Source: Vicugna vicugna
Taxonomy: Eukaryota
NCBI GenBank assembly: GCA_013265495.1
Contig: MU058213.1
Span: 682,001 to 746,000 of the forward strand
Direction: 5' to 3'
Length of the DNA: 64,000 nucleotides
The position numbers and the translations under genes are program-made. Of the stretch, positions 47,616-63,036 are shown piece by piece. Every line of letters begins with the position of its first letter. The first letter of the stretch is position 1. The notes beneath the pieces are model-generated. The model did not search any database and was not told the origin of the DNA. It was given only the letters and a program-made list of their open reading frames with translations.

Positions 47616-48764
47616 TCTCTAAGTGACGCATGTCATCTTCATGAATGAGGTGTTTTCTAAAACAAAGAATAAGCCTCTACACCTTAAAACAAAACAAAAC
47701 AGAAAAGAAACGATCCTGTAACTAAAGCACTTGGTATCTCCCAGAAGGAATTACTGAGTTTCCAATAAAGACAAGATATTTTTATGGTATTTTTCTCTCA
47801 ATATAAGTGAAGCAAAGACATTATCATTCGAGACCTATCAAATAATTTGTATATGTAATTACACCTGCAATGCAATAAATATGAGTGTAACTGATAAGGA
47901 TGACATTCACTTTATCCTGAGAGGATGCTACCAATCCTAATACGTCTAACACTACAAATAGGTCAAGTTTACTGTCCTGGGTTCCCACACAGCAAGGTTT
48001 CGGTTGCTCTGAGAAGCATCTGTGTCATGAGCAGCACTCAGCTTTCCCCGCAAATGAAAGAAAATGTCCTGTCCATGTGATACAGTGATACATCGCACCA
48101 TCGCATGATTCATAAATCAAATCTTCTGTCCATTTTATGCAAATCTGCTTCATTTGTAACTGTTCACATATATGGAAATGTCTCAGCTCAAAAAAGACAA
48201 TAGGATGCAAAGCTGAAAAAAGATACTTTCACAAAAACACATTTAAAAAAATTGATTTTGTCTAATTACATTTGGAATTGGAACTTTTCTTCTGTCAAAG
48301 ACCATGAACACAGTCCTTCTCACCCAGACCATTGGAATCAGCATGTCCAGTGGAAAGTTCCCAAAGTCACAGTGTACACTGAGAAAAATCAGATTTTAAA
48401 GTGCCCTGGAAAGTAAATGTGATTCAAGGAAACAACATGGAATATATTAAATGCTGAATTCGACTGGTAATAGAATGAGTTGAGACTAGTATAATTTAAA
48501 ATAACCTTAAAAATAGATACATTTTAAAAAGTGTTCAAAATAAAAAACACTGTACTTGAAGGTGTTCCCATAGTGCTGACGGCTCAAGCTGCTATCTTTC
48601 CGGGGTGGTGGTTTAAATAGTAATATCAGAGATGCCTGGTGAACGTTGTCATGGAGCTGCTCCCTTAAGCTAAGTTGCAATACAATCTCACATCCTCTAG
48701 AAGCAAGATCTATTTACATGTGACGATTTCAAGTTCTATCCTCAGGTACCTGCGCGCATCGTGA

Positions 48765-48776
48765 TTAAGCCCAGAC
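48765..48776 (-). CDS. GNB5: GNB5 last coding exon (VWA*)
   Basis: Acceptor CTGCAG|GTCTGGGCTTAA completes the G-beta-5 C-terminus. Confidence 0.9.
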   Translation of the reverse strand, partial: VWA

Positions 48777-49833
48777 CTGCAGACACAAACAGATAATTTT
48801 TAGTCTGTTTTCAATTAACCACTTGCAAAACCCAAGTTTAAAGAGATAAAATCAAAGTCTGCTCCACACAAACACACACACCTCATCCAAAATAGAGCAG
48901 TCACATGTCTTGAAAGGATGACATTACTCTTAGCAACTCAAAAGTGCTTCTTTGGCTCTGGCTCCCCGCCTCCCTTAGTTAATTGTCTGAAGGGCATCGG
49001 TGGCCTCCTTACCAGGGATGGTAACTCCTGCATTGACAACCAGCACCCTCTGGACCCACTCAGCTCACTGGGTACGTTGATGTGCTTTACTAATTTAGGA
49101 AATCTCACCCAGAACGATGAAGTCACAAACAACTTGACTATTTGTCTCAGGAACTTGGCAAAAATCCTTTTATCTATTTACCCTAAGGCTAGACGACTCA
49201 ATTACCCTCTTTAGAAGAGCTAGTCACTTCTCAGGATGATACAGAGCATCAAATGACTGGCTAGTTTTCAAGGCCGTCTTTGAAATTCTCTCCCTCCTCC
49301 AACCCCGTGTTCAACACTCTTAAGCTATGCCACAAATCTGTCCAATCCTAGCCTTAAACCAGACTCCTAAAACCTCATGAGTATCTGCTTTTGCTCTCCC
49401 CTTCAGAAATGCTAGTAAGACTGTCAAGTCTGTTATCTCCCACAGTGAGGTAGGCTTTGATGTACACGTTATTTTGGTGGTACTTCTAGGGAGCTAACAT
49501 CTGACAAAGTCATGAAGTTCTTTAAGAATCTATTATCTAATAAAAGCAATGAGGATCCTTTTTCTGGAAAAATGCACACAATTTGGCATATAATTGTAGG
49601 GGCTTTATAGGTCTCCTAAAGCCCCCGTGTACACTTCACAGGGGTCTGTGACCACAGAGCAAGAACCCTGCACCACTGGGAGGTGAGACTGGCAATCTGG
49701 TCTGTTAAAGGTTAGACTCAGACTTTCAGGGTGTCTGACTGATGGGGAACCCACTACCTCCGCAGGCAAATCATCCCCCTGTGGCTATCAGAATTGAAAC
49801 TGGAGCTCTATTTGGCTGCCCAGGCCCATCCTA

Positions 49834-50085
<252 letters not shown>

Positions 50086-50890
50086 TTAAAGTGGGAGGAC
50101 AGGATGGTTTTTAAATCAGTTCCTTTCTTCTTGTTTTTCTTTTCATGACTCTTACTCATGGGCTCGCTTGCTCATTCACTCATTTATTCATTCAGTAAAC
50201 AGGGATTTGGTGCCCACTACGAGCCAGGCACCTTGCTTTGCTCTGGGGATTCAAAGAGGAGAAAGCACAGTTGCCCCCTGTGGAGGGTGGTATCGGGCAG
50301 GCTGCGTGGTTAGGGCTGTAACAGAAGTGCTCAGCTATGTGTAAAGTGCTGTATGATCACAGAGCAAGGGGGATCCAGGAGGGCACTGCAGGTGAAGCGA
50401 CATCTGAGTTGGCCTTTGAGGGATGAATAGGAGTCTGCCCTGCAGGGGAGGGAGGGAAAAGATGTCCTGGGCAGCAGCAGCAGCATGCTTGCACAAAGGC
50501 ACCGCTGCAGAACAGGGGGGTGTCTGGGGGAACTGAACAGCCCCATCCTGTCAGTGCTGCCCGAATTTTCACCGGCGGCTTCCCCAGCTGGGAGGGCAGA
50601 GGTGCCCCGAGCCCCAGGGCATTAAGAAAGGGACTCTTGCTTCACTGCTTCCACCTCTGAAAAAAGTCCCTTTTCAGGTGCGAAGGGGAAAATGGAAGGC
50701 TGGGGAGGACATGCCTAGAGGCTCTGCAGATGGAGTTTTGATCCGTGATTGTCTTGAAGATGAGCGTTAGGTGGGCCCAGCCTTCAGTCCCCCCTAAGTG
50801 AGCGGGGCTGGGGAAGCCGCTTCGGGCAGGGCCAAGCGAGGGGTCACAAACGCAGTGAGCGGAGGGAAACCAGCGCAAAAAGAGACTCTA

Positions 50891-51355
<465 letters not shown>

Positions 51356-52004
51356 TCATTGTAGAAAATTCAGAAAAACTCAGAGAGGCATAGAGAAGGA
51401 AGTAAAAGTTACCCCCTATCCTAGAGGCATTTACTAACATCTGGGCCATTTCCTTTAGTCTTATTCTATTTTATGTGTGTATTTAAATGGGGTGGATGTT
51501 TCATTACTGTTCCTATTAGCATTATGTTATGAGTATTTTCTCATGTCATTAAATAATCTTGATGAACATGGTTGTTATAGTACTCATGTGGATACATCAG
51601 AATCTACTTAGCCATAGCCTGCTAAGTGTTTCGATTGTGTCTAATTTGTCCCTTTTATAAATCAAGTTATGGGGAAGCCATGATCATTTTTTTACACAAA
51701 TTGCTATCTGCATCTCTGACATTTTCCTTAGAATAGCTAAGCAATAGAACCCTTAGAATAGAATTGTTTCCAATACATAGCATGGCCAGATCAAAGGGCA
51801 GGGAAGTTCTGAAAGCTCTTGATTCATATCACAAAACTGCCCTCCAGACGAAGGTACCAAAGGGCCTGACCCAGGCTCGCCCAAGGTTCCTTTACTGCAC
51901 TGTCTCCAACAGTGGGCATTTCTTGGCAAATCCAAGAGGCAAGTGAGGATCTGATCACTGAAACTTGCACTTCTGGGATTACAGGTGACTTGCAAAACAC
52001 TTTG

Positions 52005-52165
52005 GTGGTTGGGAAGGTAGAACTCAGTGGTAGAGCGCATGCTTAGCCTACATGGGGTCCTGGGTTCAATCCCCAGTGCCTCCACTAAAAAATAAAAATA
52101 AATAAATAAACAAGCCTAATTACCTCCCCACCAAAAACAACAACAAAAGTAATAAAAATTAAAAG
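52005..52165 (+). mobile_element. tRNA-derived SINE (Vic-1-like)
   Basis: CTCAGTGGTAGAGCGCATGCTTAGCC..GGTCCTGGGTTCAATCCCCAG, CCTAATTACCTCCCC tail motif. Confidence 0.9.
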
Positions 52166-53203
52166 AAACCATTTTCAGTGTACTGTACAGGAATTATATC
52201 GCAGTAAAGGTGAATAAAATAAAATGGGATCAGAGATTTGCTTTAAAAAAAAAACCATTTTCAGGGGTTTGCCATTTTAGATTTACTGCTCTGTAGATGG
52301 TCTGCATTTTATCCTCTTTTTATTTTTTTTTATTTTGTGTGTGTGTGTGTGCACGCGCACACACACGCTGTTTTTTTTTATCCTCTTTTTAAATGAGGGT
52401 GCTTATCTTGGTTATGCAACTCCATTCATACCTAAAGGAGTTGAACTCAATCTGTCACACATATGGCATGAATTTTCCCAAAATGTATGCTCTTATATTT
52501 TGTTATATATGTTTTGACATAAAGAAGTTTTACATTTTCATTATTATCAAAACTTTCAATCTATTCCTTTGTAATTTCTTCCACAATAGCAAATTAGGAT
52601 GGAATCCATTATTTAATAAGATACTTGATATTTTGGAGGCACAAGAAGGTATTTTTTTCTTGAAAAATAGGTCAACAAAATTTGACAATTCATATCAAAA
52701 GCCTTAACATTAGGCTGATTTTTGCTCAGCAAGGTCATGTCTGAGAATTAATTCTAAGGAAATAATAAGAGAGGTACCAAAAATATTTGCTTATGGTAAT
52801 GTTTCAAACAGGAAAAAAAAAACCTTGAAAAAAAATGTCCAAATGTGGAAGACTGGTTAAGTAAATGATGGCATGTCCATAACATGAAAAACTATTCAAT
52901 CACTAAGAAAATATAATGTAGAAAAATATTCACTGGTGTGGGAAAATGTTCACAACTACTGCTAAGTGAAAAAAGCAAATTATAAAGCATTTTGTTTAAA
53001 AAAGTAAAAAGACAGAAAGGAATTCACTCAGCTTGAATTTTCTGGGTTAGAAAGATTAAAGGTAATCTAGTTTTCCCCCCAAGTTTTCCTTACTGAATTC
53101 ACATTACTTCTGTAATCAGGAAAAAGGTATTTTTGAAAAATAAAAATAAGTCAGCATAACTCTCTTTCGAAGAGGAAAAGCTCGCAGTAACTTAGAAACA
53201 TAC

Positions 53204-53252
53204 TGTAGCATCATCTGACCCCGAAGCAAAGGCGTCTCCACTCGGGTAGTAC
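53204..53252 (-). CDS. GNB5: GNB5 coding exon (49 bp)
   Basis: YYPSGDAFASGSDDAT; CTGCAG| acceptor and |GTATGT donor. Confidence 0.96.
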
Positions 53253-55542
53253 CTGCAGAGAGAGAGTGTGGGGAGAAAGCACTTTACTCAGAGTGGTGAT
53301 TCCTCATTGTGGATGCCCATCCAAACCAACAAGGAGGGCTGTCCTGTGCTCGGCCGTCCAAGTCCCAATCTCCTCTTCTAGGGACACAAGGACCCCTCAT
53401 TATGGAGGCCAGAAAGGGAGGCTCATCACGAAGGCCCACTGGCCTCTAGTTTTCTTCTCTGTAAGCAGAGGACAGTGCCGCTGGCCGGGCAGAGTGCTGG
53501 TGAGGAGGAAATGAGGTAATACGTGTATCTGCACCAGGCACTGACCACAGAGCAGGCCCCCAGTATCCCTGGTGTCCCTTGATCACAATTCCATTCCCAA
53601 GACTTGGCTCAGAGCTCAGGCTTAGAAAGTGGTCATAAACACAGGCACTGCAACACAGAGCCACACGCAGCGCTCTGCACTCACTGCATGCGACACTTCG
53701 GGCAGGTGGCTTTACCTGGCCCAGGCTTAGTTTCATCTGAAAAGTGAGGAGGACAAAGCGCATTCCCTGCTGTGAAGACTGAGTGAGACAGCATACGCAA
53801 GAATGTGGCCCAGCGCCAAACAAAGGGCTCGTAATACATGATGGTTATGACTGTCACCCTCATCCTCGGCTCCACAGTCAGGCTTCCTGGAGAGACGGAA
53901 GTCTAAGCTGAGACTTGACGGACGTTAGAGCAAGAGGGGTCTGGGTAGAGGGCACAGCACGGGAGGGAGAATGTGCACTTCTCAGCTGTTACTTCATGAA
54001 TATACAGGGGTTTAATTTATTTCTGTCTCTTTCTAGTCTCTCCTTAATAACTTAATCTAATAACTTCAGTTGCTATCTGTAATAATTTCTTGATTGATTT
54101 CCTTTGATTTTCTAGGTAATTACTGCACTTTTGCAAGAAGCGATATTTTCCCCCTTTTTTCCTTTCCTACATTTGAGATAAGAGAACTAGAAAATTCTCA
54201 TGAACATTCCTACTACTAACGTAATTAAATATTCTTACTGTGTTCTGGCTTTTAATAATTCCCCTTAAAATTAAGGGGAATTATTATGCCATTATGCCAT
54301 TAAGCATAATGACAATTCTTGATTGATTATACTTTAATTCCTGTCCTGACAGTGCCAGCTTCCAAATGTACATGTCAGGTCCTGAGCTCTCTCATGGGAT
54401 CCAGTTCACAGATCCTGCTACCTCCCCGACATCACCACTTGGTTGTATAACAGGAACCTCATATTTCCCTGGCCCAAAACAGAGCTCCAGGATCCATGTG
54501 CAATAACTGTTTCTTCCCTGCCGTGCCTCCAGTCCTCCTGGTCTTAGCAAATGGATCAGTGCTTACTTCCCCTTATAAAAGATGTGGGTTCCCTGAGTTC
54601 AGGGTTCTTCTGCTATAATGCAAACCCTCTGCATGTGCAGGGGTCATCTGGCCCTTTTACTGTGGTAACCAGCACAAAAATACTGATACCCTGGCTACTG
54701 CCATCACCAGGAGTAATAAACTGCCCTTTTTTCTAACCCAGGAGTCTTGTGCTTCTTAGAGCATCCATGAAACTGTGGCAGCCTTACTTGATAGCTTGCA
54801 GCTAGAGTAAAATCTCATATCCTTCTCAATTCTAGGCGTTTCTGTCCTCACTGTGTCTTCTTTAGTGTCAGCCACCATCATTTCTTTCCTGAGCTCACAC
54901 AGCAACCTTCTAACTGGCTGTCAGGCTTTCATTCCCGCTCCCCTACAATCTGTTCTTCATACAGCAGCCAGAGTGATCTTTTACAGGCAAAGCATGGATC
55001 GTGTTAGCTGCCTCCTCAGCTCAGAACCCTCTAGTGGTCACCTGGCCTTGTGTTAGGTCCCTGAACATCTTATCTCCATGTTTTTCCCACCAGCTCTTTG
55101 CAAGCCTGGCTCCTTCACTATCCTGGCCTCAGTTTAAACATCTATTTCTCAGAGAGGCCTTTCCGATCATTCTAAGAAATAACCTATCTCGTCACATTTC
55201 CCTGCTTTACATTTTTAATAGCACTTATCAGCATCTTAAATTGTCCATTTATTTGTGCTTTGTCTTTGTCTCCTGCAGGAGAGCAGAGATCTTGTTTACC
55301 TTTTTGGGAACTGCATTCCCAGTTCCTGGAATAACGTCTAGCATAGAAGTCCTTAGTAAATATTTGTTGAATGAAAAATACTGACTTGATTTAGGTAGGG
55401 TAATACCCATTCCCCCTACTACAGCCAAATTAAAATTCTCCGAAAAATCTGGAGCACCACTCGGTCCCACCACAAATCAGCCATTGTTGCTGGAAAGCTT
55501 CTCTCGACCAAGTGAACTGAGCCTGGAGGCTAATAAGCATTA

Positions 55543-55692
<150 letters not shown>

Positions 55693-57595
55693 CTACAAAT
55701 GCAAAGTTACCCAGAGTTATGGCCACGGCAAGGACTGGCTACTGACAAGCATGAGTTCTGGTTATGTCACAGAAACTGCTTAGTTCCCATTAGTAAATGG
55801 CTGAAGATGTGCTTTTCCGAGAGCAGCTTTACCTAGGGCCCCTTTCCTCAACTGATAAGCCCTCAGAGGGAGTGGGGGGAGTAAGAGAAGGCACCCAGAC
55901 ACCCTTCTTAGCATGTTTTCTATTTTTGCACCTTTCTGAGTGGGTGCAAACTCTCCAGCCCTCCTTCTCACCTTCCCCCTGGGCACTTCTCTTCACTTTT
56001 TTCTTTCCTTCCCTCCTCCCCTTTATCTCTGCCTCTATCAGCCCAGAAGGGAGGATGTGGTGAGAACTGCCAGCTTTGTCTTAGGGGTAAGGGGCAGCCT
56101 GAGCACAGGTGGGGAGCCAGATGCCCCTGGGCCAGCTGTACCCCAGCAGCCTGCCAGGCCGGGCACTGGCAAACCAGAAGCCCAGTCAGGGCGCCGCCAG
56201 CAGTCAGCTGGGTGGCTCAGGAAGGTCACCTCCCTGGGTTTCTACCTCAACACCTGTAAGGTGAACCCTCTCTGGGTTGCTAACCTGACCCAGAGAATCA
56301 TAAACACAGGACTTGCACATTACACTGCCCTGATGCTAGGAGCTTTTTGATAAGTTCCTGCAGAGCAGTCCCGTGAGCAAGCGTGGGTAGTATAATTAAA
56401 AGTCAAACAGAAGGAGTAACAGGATAACGTTCATGCCAAGTTGATGGTTTGAACCCAGAGGAAAGCATGAGTAGGAAACCATAACTGGTATCTCAGAAAG
56501 ACCTGCTGTGGGGTTCAGCATGCCGAGCATCTTTACTGAGAATAAGCACAAAGGACTCAGGGGTGTCTTCATCTTCAGATCTTTAGAGGACCTGAATTAG
56601 ACGGAGTTCAATATTCTGAAAGAGTTAATATAATCTACGGTGATATCAACAATGTGAAAAGATGGCGTAGTTGAGTAGCGGTAAACACAGTTATACAGAC
56701 ATAGGAATGAAACATACAAATGGGGCCAAATACCCAAGAAGAAAATCCCTGCTGATTCGAGGCCCAGGACCACGATGTGGGCAGCTCGGAGCAAAGGGCC
56801 TTTATGTCTTCCGGCTGCAAACGTCATTGGATGGTGTTCGCATCACTGTCCTCTCTTACCACTGCCTCCGGACGGAGGTCCTGAGGAGCCAGGACCCAGG
56901 GGGCAGGTTGGCCAGATCACTCCTCCACGCTTATTCCCAGGTGGCTACAGAAATACTCGCCTCTCCTACTTGCACACGTTATAAACTCTTCACTGCTCAT
57001 AATATCCTGGGGAAGGTGGGGGGCAAATGCTATTGTGCCCTATGCCCAATTTACACAGGACGGAATGCAGAGTCAGGTAGCAAAGGTGGGGCCCGGGTGT
57101 CCTGACTCCTAGTCTGTTGCTCCTTTGCCTTGGTGGCCTGCTTGCCTGACTCTGAGTCTTCAAATACACTGTTCCCTGTACCCAGGAGTGGGAGGGTCTG
57201 GTGATCGGCAGGGGTGGGGCAGGAGAGTGTCCCACCAGCACCAAAGCCCTGATCACACCTGCCACCTGCGCTGCCTGGTGCCCTTGGAGCAGTTTCTCAC
57301 GCTCTCAGATGCTAACTCTCTGCTATCCACTTGAGGAATGACAGTTTTAAATGTGGCAGCATTCCCACCCGGAGAACATTCCAGGTCTCTCTGCAGACTG
57401 CTGACTATCAGTGGCAGCAGGGGAGCCCCACACAGCCCAGTGCTGGGATGCCCACCAAGCACGGCCACTGCAGCAGGAGCAGAGGACAGCTCCCCAGCCC
57501 CTTCTAGGGAAGTATCCAGTCTGGTCCCATGAACTGACAGGAACCGCGACCACAGGCCTCCCTCGTGGACAAATGACCCCCAGAGGTCTTCCTTA

Positions 57596-57808
<213 letters not shown>

Positions 57809-58439
57809 TCAGCTGCTTAAAGTTCCAGAGGGAAGAGGAGGCTCCTTACACACGCGCACGATGCACACCCACTAAATCTAGACTCAAGCACAGAACTCCT
57901 TCTCCCGGACTGAGACAGGACTGGCTCATTTTCGACACCCTTGCTGTCCTTGAGCTGTGTGTTTACGTGCCTGCCCGGGAGTAGGAAACCCACAGGCCTC
58001 CCCGCAGTCCCTGCGGGCTTGACACCTGCCTGGCACGTAAAAGTGCTCTGTGAGCGTTTGCCAAACACAACCTCGAGCAGCTCCCACAAGCAGCCAAGCC
58101 CACTGTTGTGCTTCCCAGATGTTAATGTGCGCCCTACCCGCTTCGCCCTGCTGCTTGCTCATCTAGAGCTGGGGTGGGGCCTGAGACTCTGCATTTCTCA
58201 CAAACTCGCAGGTGATGTCGACACTGCTCGGCAGGCCCCATCTGGAGCATTTTGCTAGACACATGCTCCTGTTGCTCCATCCGCCAGAGGCTCTGAGAGG
58301 TGCCGACACTCACACACACACAGGGCCAACCAGCATCTGCGATGTGCTAATGATACCCAGGCGCTCTGCTAGGCATTAGGGTTTGCAGAAAGATTGTGTC
58401 TTTTTTTTTTTTTAAATATGCATCTAAATTTTATTGGTT

Positions 58440-58815
58440 GTTATTCCGATTTTTTAAATTGAAGTATAGTCAGTTTACAACGTGTCAATTTCTGGTGTAC
58501 AGCATAATGTTTCAGTCATACATATGCATACTTTTCATGTTCTTTTTCATTATCAGTTACTACAAGATATTGAATATAGTTCCCTGTGCTATACAGAAGG
58601 AACTTGTTGCTTATCTATTTTATATATACTAGTTAATATCTGCAAATCTCAAACTCTCAATTTATCCCTTCCCACCCCCTTTCCCTGCAGTAACCATGAG
58701 ATTGTTTACTATGTCTGTAAGTCTGTTTCCATTTGTAGATAAGTTCATTAGGGTCGTCTTCTTTCTTTTTTTAGATTCTATATGAGTGATATCACATGGT
58801 ATTTTTCTTTCTCTC
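58440..58815 (-). mobile_element. L1 3' end
   Basis: TTGAAGTATAGTCAGTTTACAA..TTCTGGTGTACAGCA..GAATATAGTTCCCTGTGCTATACAG. Confidence 0.85.
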
Positions 58816-59851
58816 ACAAAGATTGTATCTTGGTCTCTGCTCTCTGGGAGCTCAGTTAACAAAATTGGCGGTAAGAACTGAAACCCACCTAACCCCCTGT
58901 CCCCACATTAATCAATTCCAGGACCAGGCACACGTTCCTGGTGCTCTGTTAGACAATACCGAGACCAAGTAAAAATAAGCCAGCGGCCTGCTCCAGGAAA
59001 TACCTGCCCCTGCAAGATAAGGCTGCGAACCAACCAAACAACTTATCAAGACTAATAGCTTTGTAAAAAATTACTGAAACAGAAACCTTAATTAAATAGT
59101 TGGAGACCAGAAGGGGGCGCTCTCACACGCTGTGATGACAGCAGAGCCCAACACAAAGAAAGACTCCTCCTCTTCCCTGGCAAAGACTCAGCCAGTGAAA
59201 AGTCATGGATTCTGTTTACTACAGCCCTTCCAATGTTCTTTTCTCCTCTATAAAACAATTCTCCTTCCCTTGCTGTGTGGGGACCTGCACGTGCCTCGCC
59301 ATGGTTGTAGACCCTGACCTGCAATTCTCTGCTGATTGTGAATAAACCAATACCTGCTAGAGAAACAGCTGGCAGTCTATTTACTTCAGGTCAACATCTT
59401 ACCCACCAAGACTCGGTTTAAGACTCTTCCTGTGCTGGGTTCACCAATCCAAAGCTATTATGTCATAACCAGTTTCCCACCTTGAAAGACCCGCCTTAAT
59501 ATCATTCTCCCTGGACCCTGAGACCCTCTAAGTATGCTTCCCTAATTTCTTTATTTTGAGGAACTACAGCAATTCCGTCAAGTTGGGGATCTCTGCTGCG
59601 GCAGGTATAATCAACGTAGTGTTGCTGGTGTTTCTGACGGTCTCGGCATACAAGACAGCAATCACTTGTGATGGAGTGAGAAGTGCTGAGACACTGGTAG
59701 GCCCACGGGAGGGGAGCCAGACCAGCTGTGGCAACATCTGAGTTAATCTTAGAGAATGAGTGAGAGCTGGCCAGGGGAGGGGAAGGTGCTGCAGGTGAAG
59801 GCCTACCTCTGCGCTGGACGAGAAGTGTGCCTGTGTATAGAGCGAGGATTC

Positions 59852-59996
59852 TTTCTTCTTCCTTTTTTTTTTTTTTGCAGGGGGGAGGTAATTAGGTTTA
59901 CTTATTTATTTGATTTTTCAGTGGAGGTCCTGGGGATTGAACCCAGGACTCAGGCATGCTAGGCATGTGCTCTACCACTTGAGCTACACCCTCCCC
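59852..59996 (-). mobile_element. tRNA-derived SINE (Vic-1-like)
   Basis: GGGGGAGGTAATTAGGTTTA..GGGGATTGAACCCAGGAC..GCTCTACCACTTGAGCTACACCC. Confidence 0.9.
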
Positions 59997-61343
59997 GTTT
60001 GTGCATTTATATTTAAAACTAGGGTTCTAAATTTTGTTGCTGCCAGCATGTGTGAGGCTTGGGCTCTGGTGCAGTTGGGAGAAAGGCAGAGGGATCCAGG
60101 GCTCATGGTCTCACAGACCCAGCTGATGGCACCCAGAGCCCTGGAGCCAGCTTGGTTCTGAGCAGCCATGGGAGCAGGATCCACAAGGGTTAAGCCCTGG
60201 ATGGTAGAGCCTCCCTACACCCACTTTCAGACGAGCTGATAAGGCAGCACAGGAAGTGGCTCTTACAAGTGCCCACAACAGAGAACCCTCTGTGGTTGGA
60301 CATACTGACGGCTGAGGAAAGGAAACAGGAAGTTGGCCTTAGAGGACCGTTAGCATTCAGTGCACCCACTGACCACAATGTATGTCCAGTTTCCACGGGC
60401 TGGTGGTCTTCTCTCATCCTCTCCCTCCTTCCCCTTCTCCTCCCTTCTCTCTTGCATGCCAGGCTTAGCATTTATAAAAGAAGCTCCCTTTTTCTGCAAG
60501 GGAGGGAATCTACTCCCACCCTGGCCTTGCGCCCGCTGGCCACACCATCTTGGAGTGGGTCTCCTGCCAGCTGTCTGGGGGCCTAGCATCTCCTTGCAGC
60601 CAAGAGAGGCCACCTCCGTGGAGAAAGCTGGGTGAGTTCCGGAGCTCTCAGGCTTCTTGGGCAAGGCCCTCAAGGGCCTCTTGAAAGCCCCAATCTCAAA
60701 TGTGGAGAATCTCCAAGGCTGGGAAACCCCTGAGCTGTCCACAGGCCTCCCTCCAGCATCGACTTCCCTTAAGAGGCCCGTGTACATCCAACAAGATGAC
60801 CCAGGCAGGGAAAAGGAGCTTATGAACACACAAGACTTGGGTGGTGTCTTAATTTGGGTACTTGCATTTTGTCATGTGCTACAATCCCCTCCAGTCTCTG
60901 CTGGCCCACACTTCAGTGGAAGCTCCACCTCATTCCTGTCCTAACACGTGCAAAGGGGCCAGTGATCTCCAGTCTCTTTTGGGACATCAGGTCCAAACAA
61001 ACGGTTGCTTAAATGAGTTCTCCTGTCTAGCTCTTTGATGGGAATTTTCCACACCATACTTTTCAATCAAATAATAGTTTTCAAAAGTTAAAAGTAAATT
61101 CTTCATATTTAAAAAACATTTTAAAATATTTTAAGCATTTTTGTGATCTTCATTACAACATAAGTAAAACTAAATTTCAAAAACCAAACGTTCAATTATG
61201 ATAAATGCACGGAACAGATCCTCTAACTCACTGCCCCTTGTTTATTCTGGAAGGTAGAGAATTTTCAGGTCTTACACCAGCCTTTTGAGGTTTTCATTTT
61301 TCATCTAACCCGGAGCTGGAAGGAAGCTTAAGGTGCACCAGTT

Positions 61344-61495
61344 CCCCACCAAGTCAATGAGAGGAGGCTGTTCAATATGGCATGGAGTTCACTCAGCTCT
61401 ACCAACAGTTAACAGCCCTGACTTCCCCCATTTCTGATTTTATTAAAAATAGTAATACAACCAACGAGAAACAAGAGCTTCCTCTTAGAGCCAAA
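61344..61495. repeat. 152-bp dispersed direct repeat, copy 1
   Basis: Ungapped match to 62590-62741 with 10 mismatches by manual count. Confidence 0.93.
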
Positions 61496-62589
61496 ACCAG
61501 GCCATGCCTCTGAATCATCCATGAAGCTTTGTGTTAATATTAATAATAAAATAATAAGAGCTAATATTTATTAATATTTACCAGGGACTGCACTAAGTAT
61601 TTTACACGAATCATCTCATTCAAACTTCAGAAAACCTGAGAGAGGAATTTACTACCATCCTCACTTGCAGGTGAGAAAAATGAAACACAGAGAATAAAAC
61701 CTTGTTTAGGACCGACCAGCTGGAATGCTAGACTGAATGTCCTCTGTTGCTTTGGTTGCTCCTCAGGCCCAAAGATACCAGACAGGGCCACAGCGCCCCC
61801 TACTGTACAGGCCTGCAAGACTCCTGGTTGCAAACAACAGGTGTAAACACTGCCCTCCAAGTCCCAACGGCCCTCAGGTCAGTAGGGAAGCAATGACCCA
61901 GGTCCCTGGTGTCCCTGCCACTACCCTCCCCTTCCCTCCTGACATCAGTCAGCTGAAGCCAGAGGGGCTTTGATCTGACTCAGACCCTCTCCCAGTCTGC
62001 CCCAGCCCCCGCAATGGCTCCCTGCAGTCTATAGGGTGAGCGTAGCCGTTCTGGGCACCCTGTGATCTGGGCCTGCCCACGTCTCCAGCCGCCTGCCTCC
62101 CACACTGCTCCCCTCACGCCTCACTGACAACACCCTCACCCTCCAAGGCAGCGCCGGACAGCAAGTCCGCGATCCCGCACTCCTGTCCTGAGCTCCCAGC
62201 CTCTCCTGCTGTCCAGTCACCACTGGTATCTGGCAACATGGGTGGTGGTACCTAAGAAGGTTTGCTGGATGCACGGGACAAACAAACTACGGGACGCTTC
62301 GTGACTTGTGAAAGAAAGTGTAGCCAAAGTGTCGAATGTGTTGTTTCCACTCTGTGGTTTATTCAAAGTAGGGCACAGATGTACTATCCCAAGCCTTTTC
62401 TTTCCTCATCTGTTAAAATGGGCGTGTAAAGTAGGTATGATGAGCAGAGGTATCAACGATGAGGTATCAACGGCAGAGCTCTGAAACTCGGCACCAGGGA
62501 AGTTTCACACACGGAAGCCCCTGGGAACCACCTCCCAGACCCAGGCAGGTGCTTCCACCACACCAGAAGGTTGCCTGACCCACTCCCGC

Positions 62590-63036
<447 letters not shown>

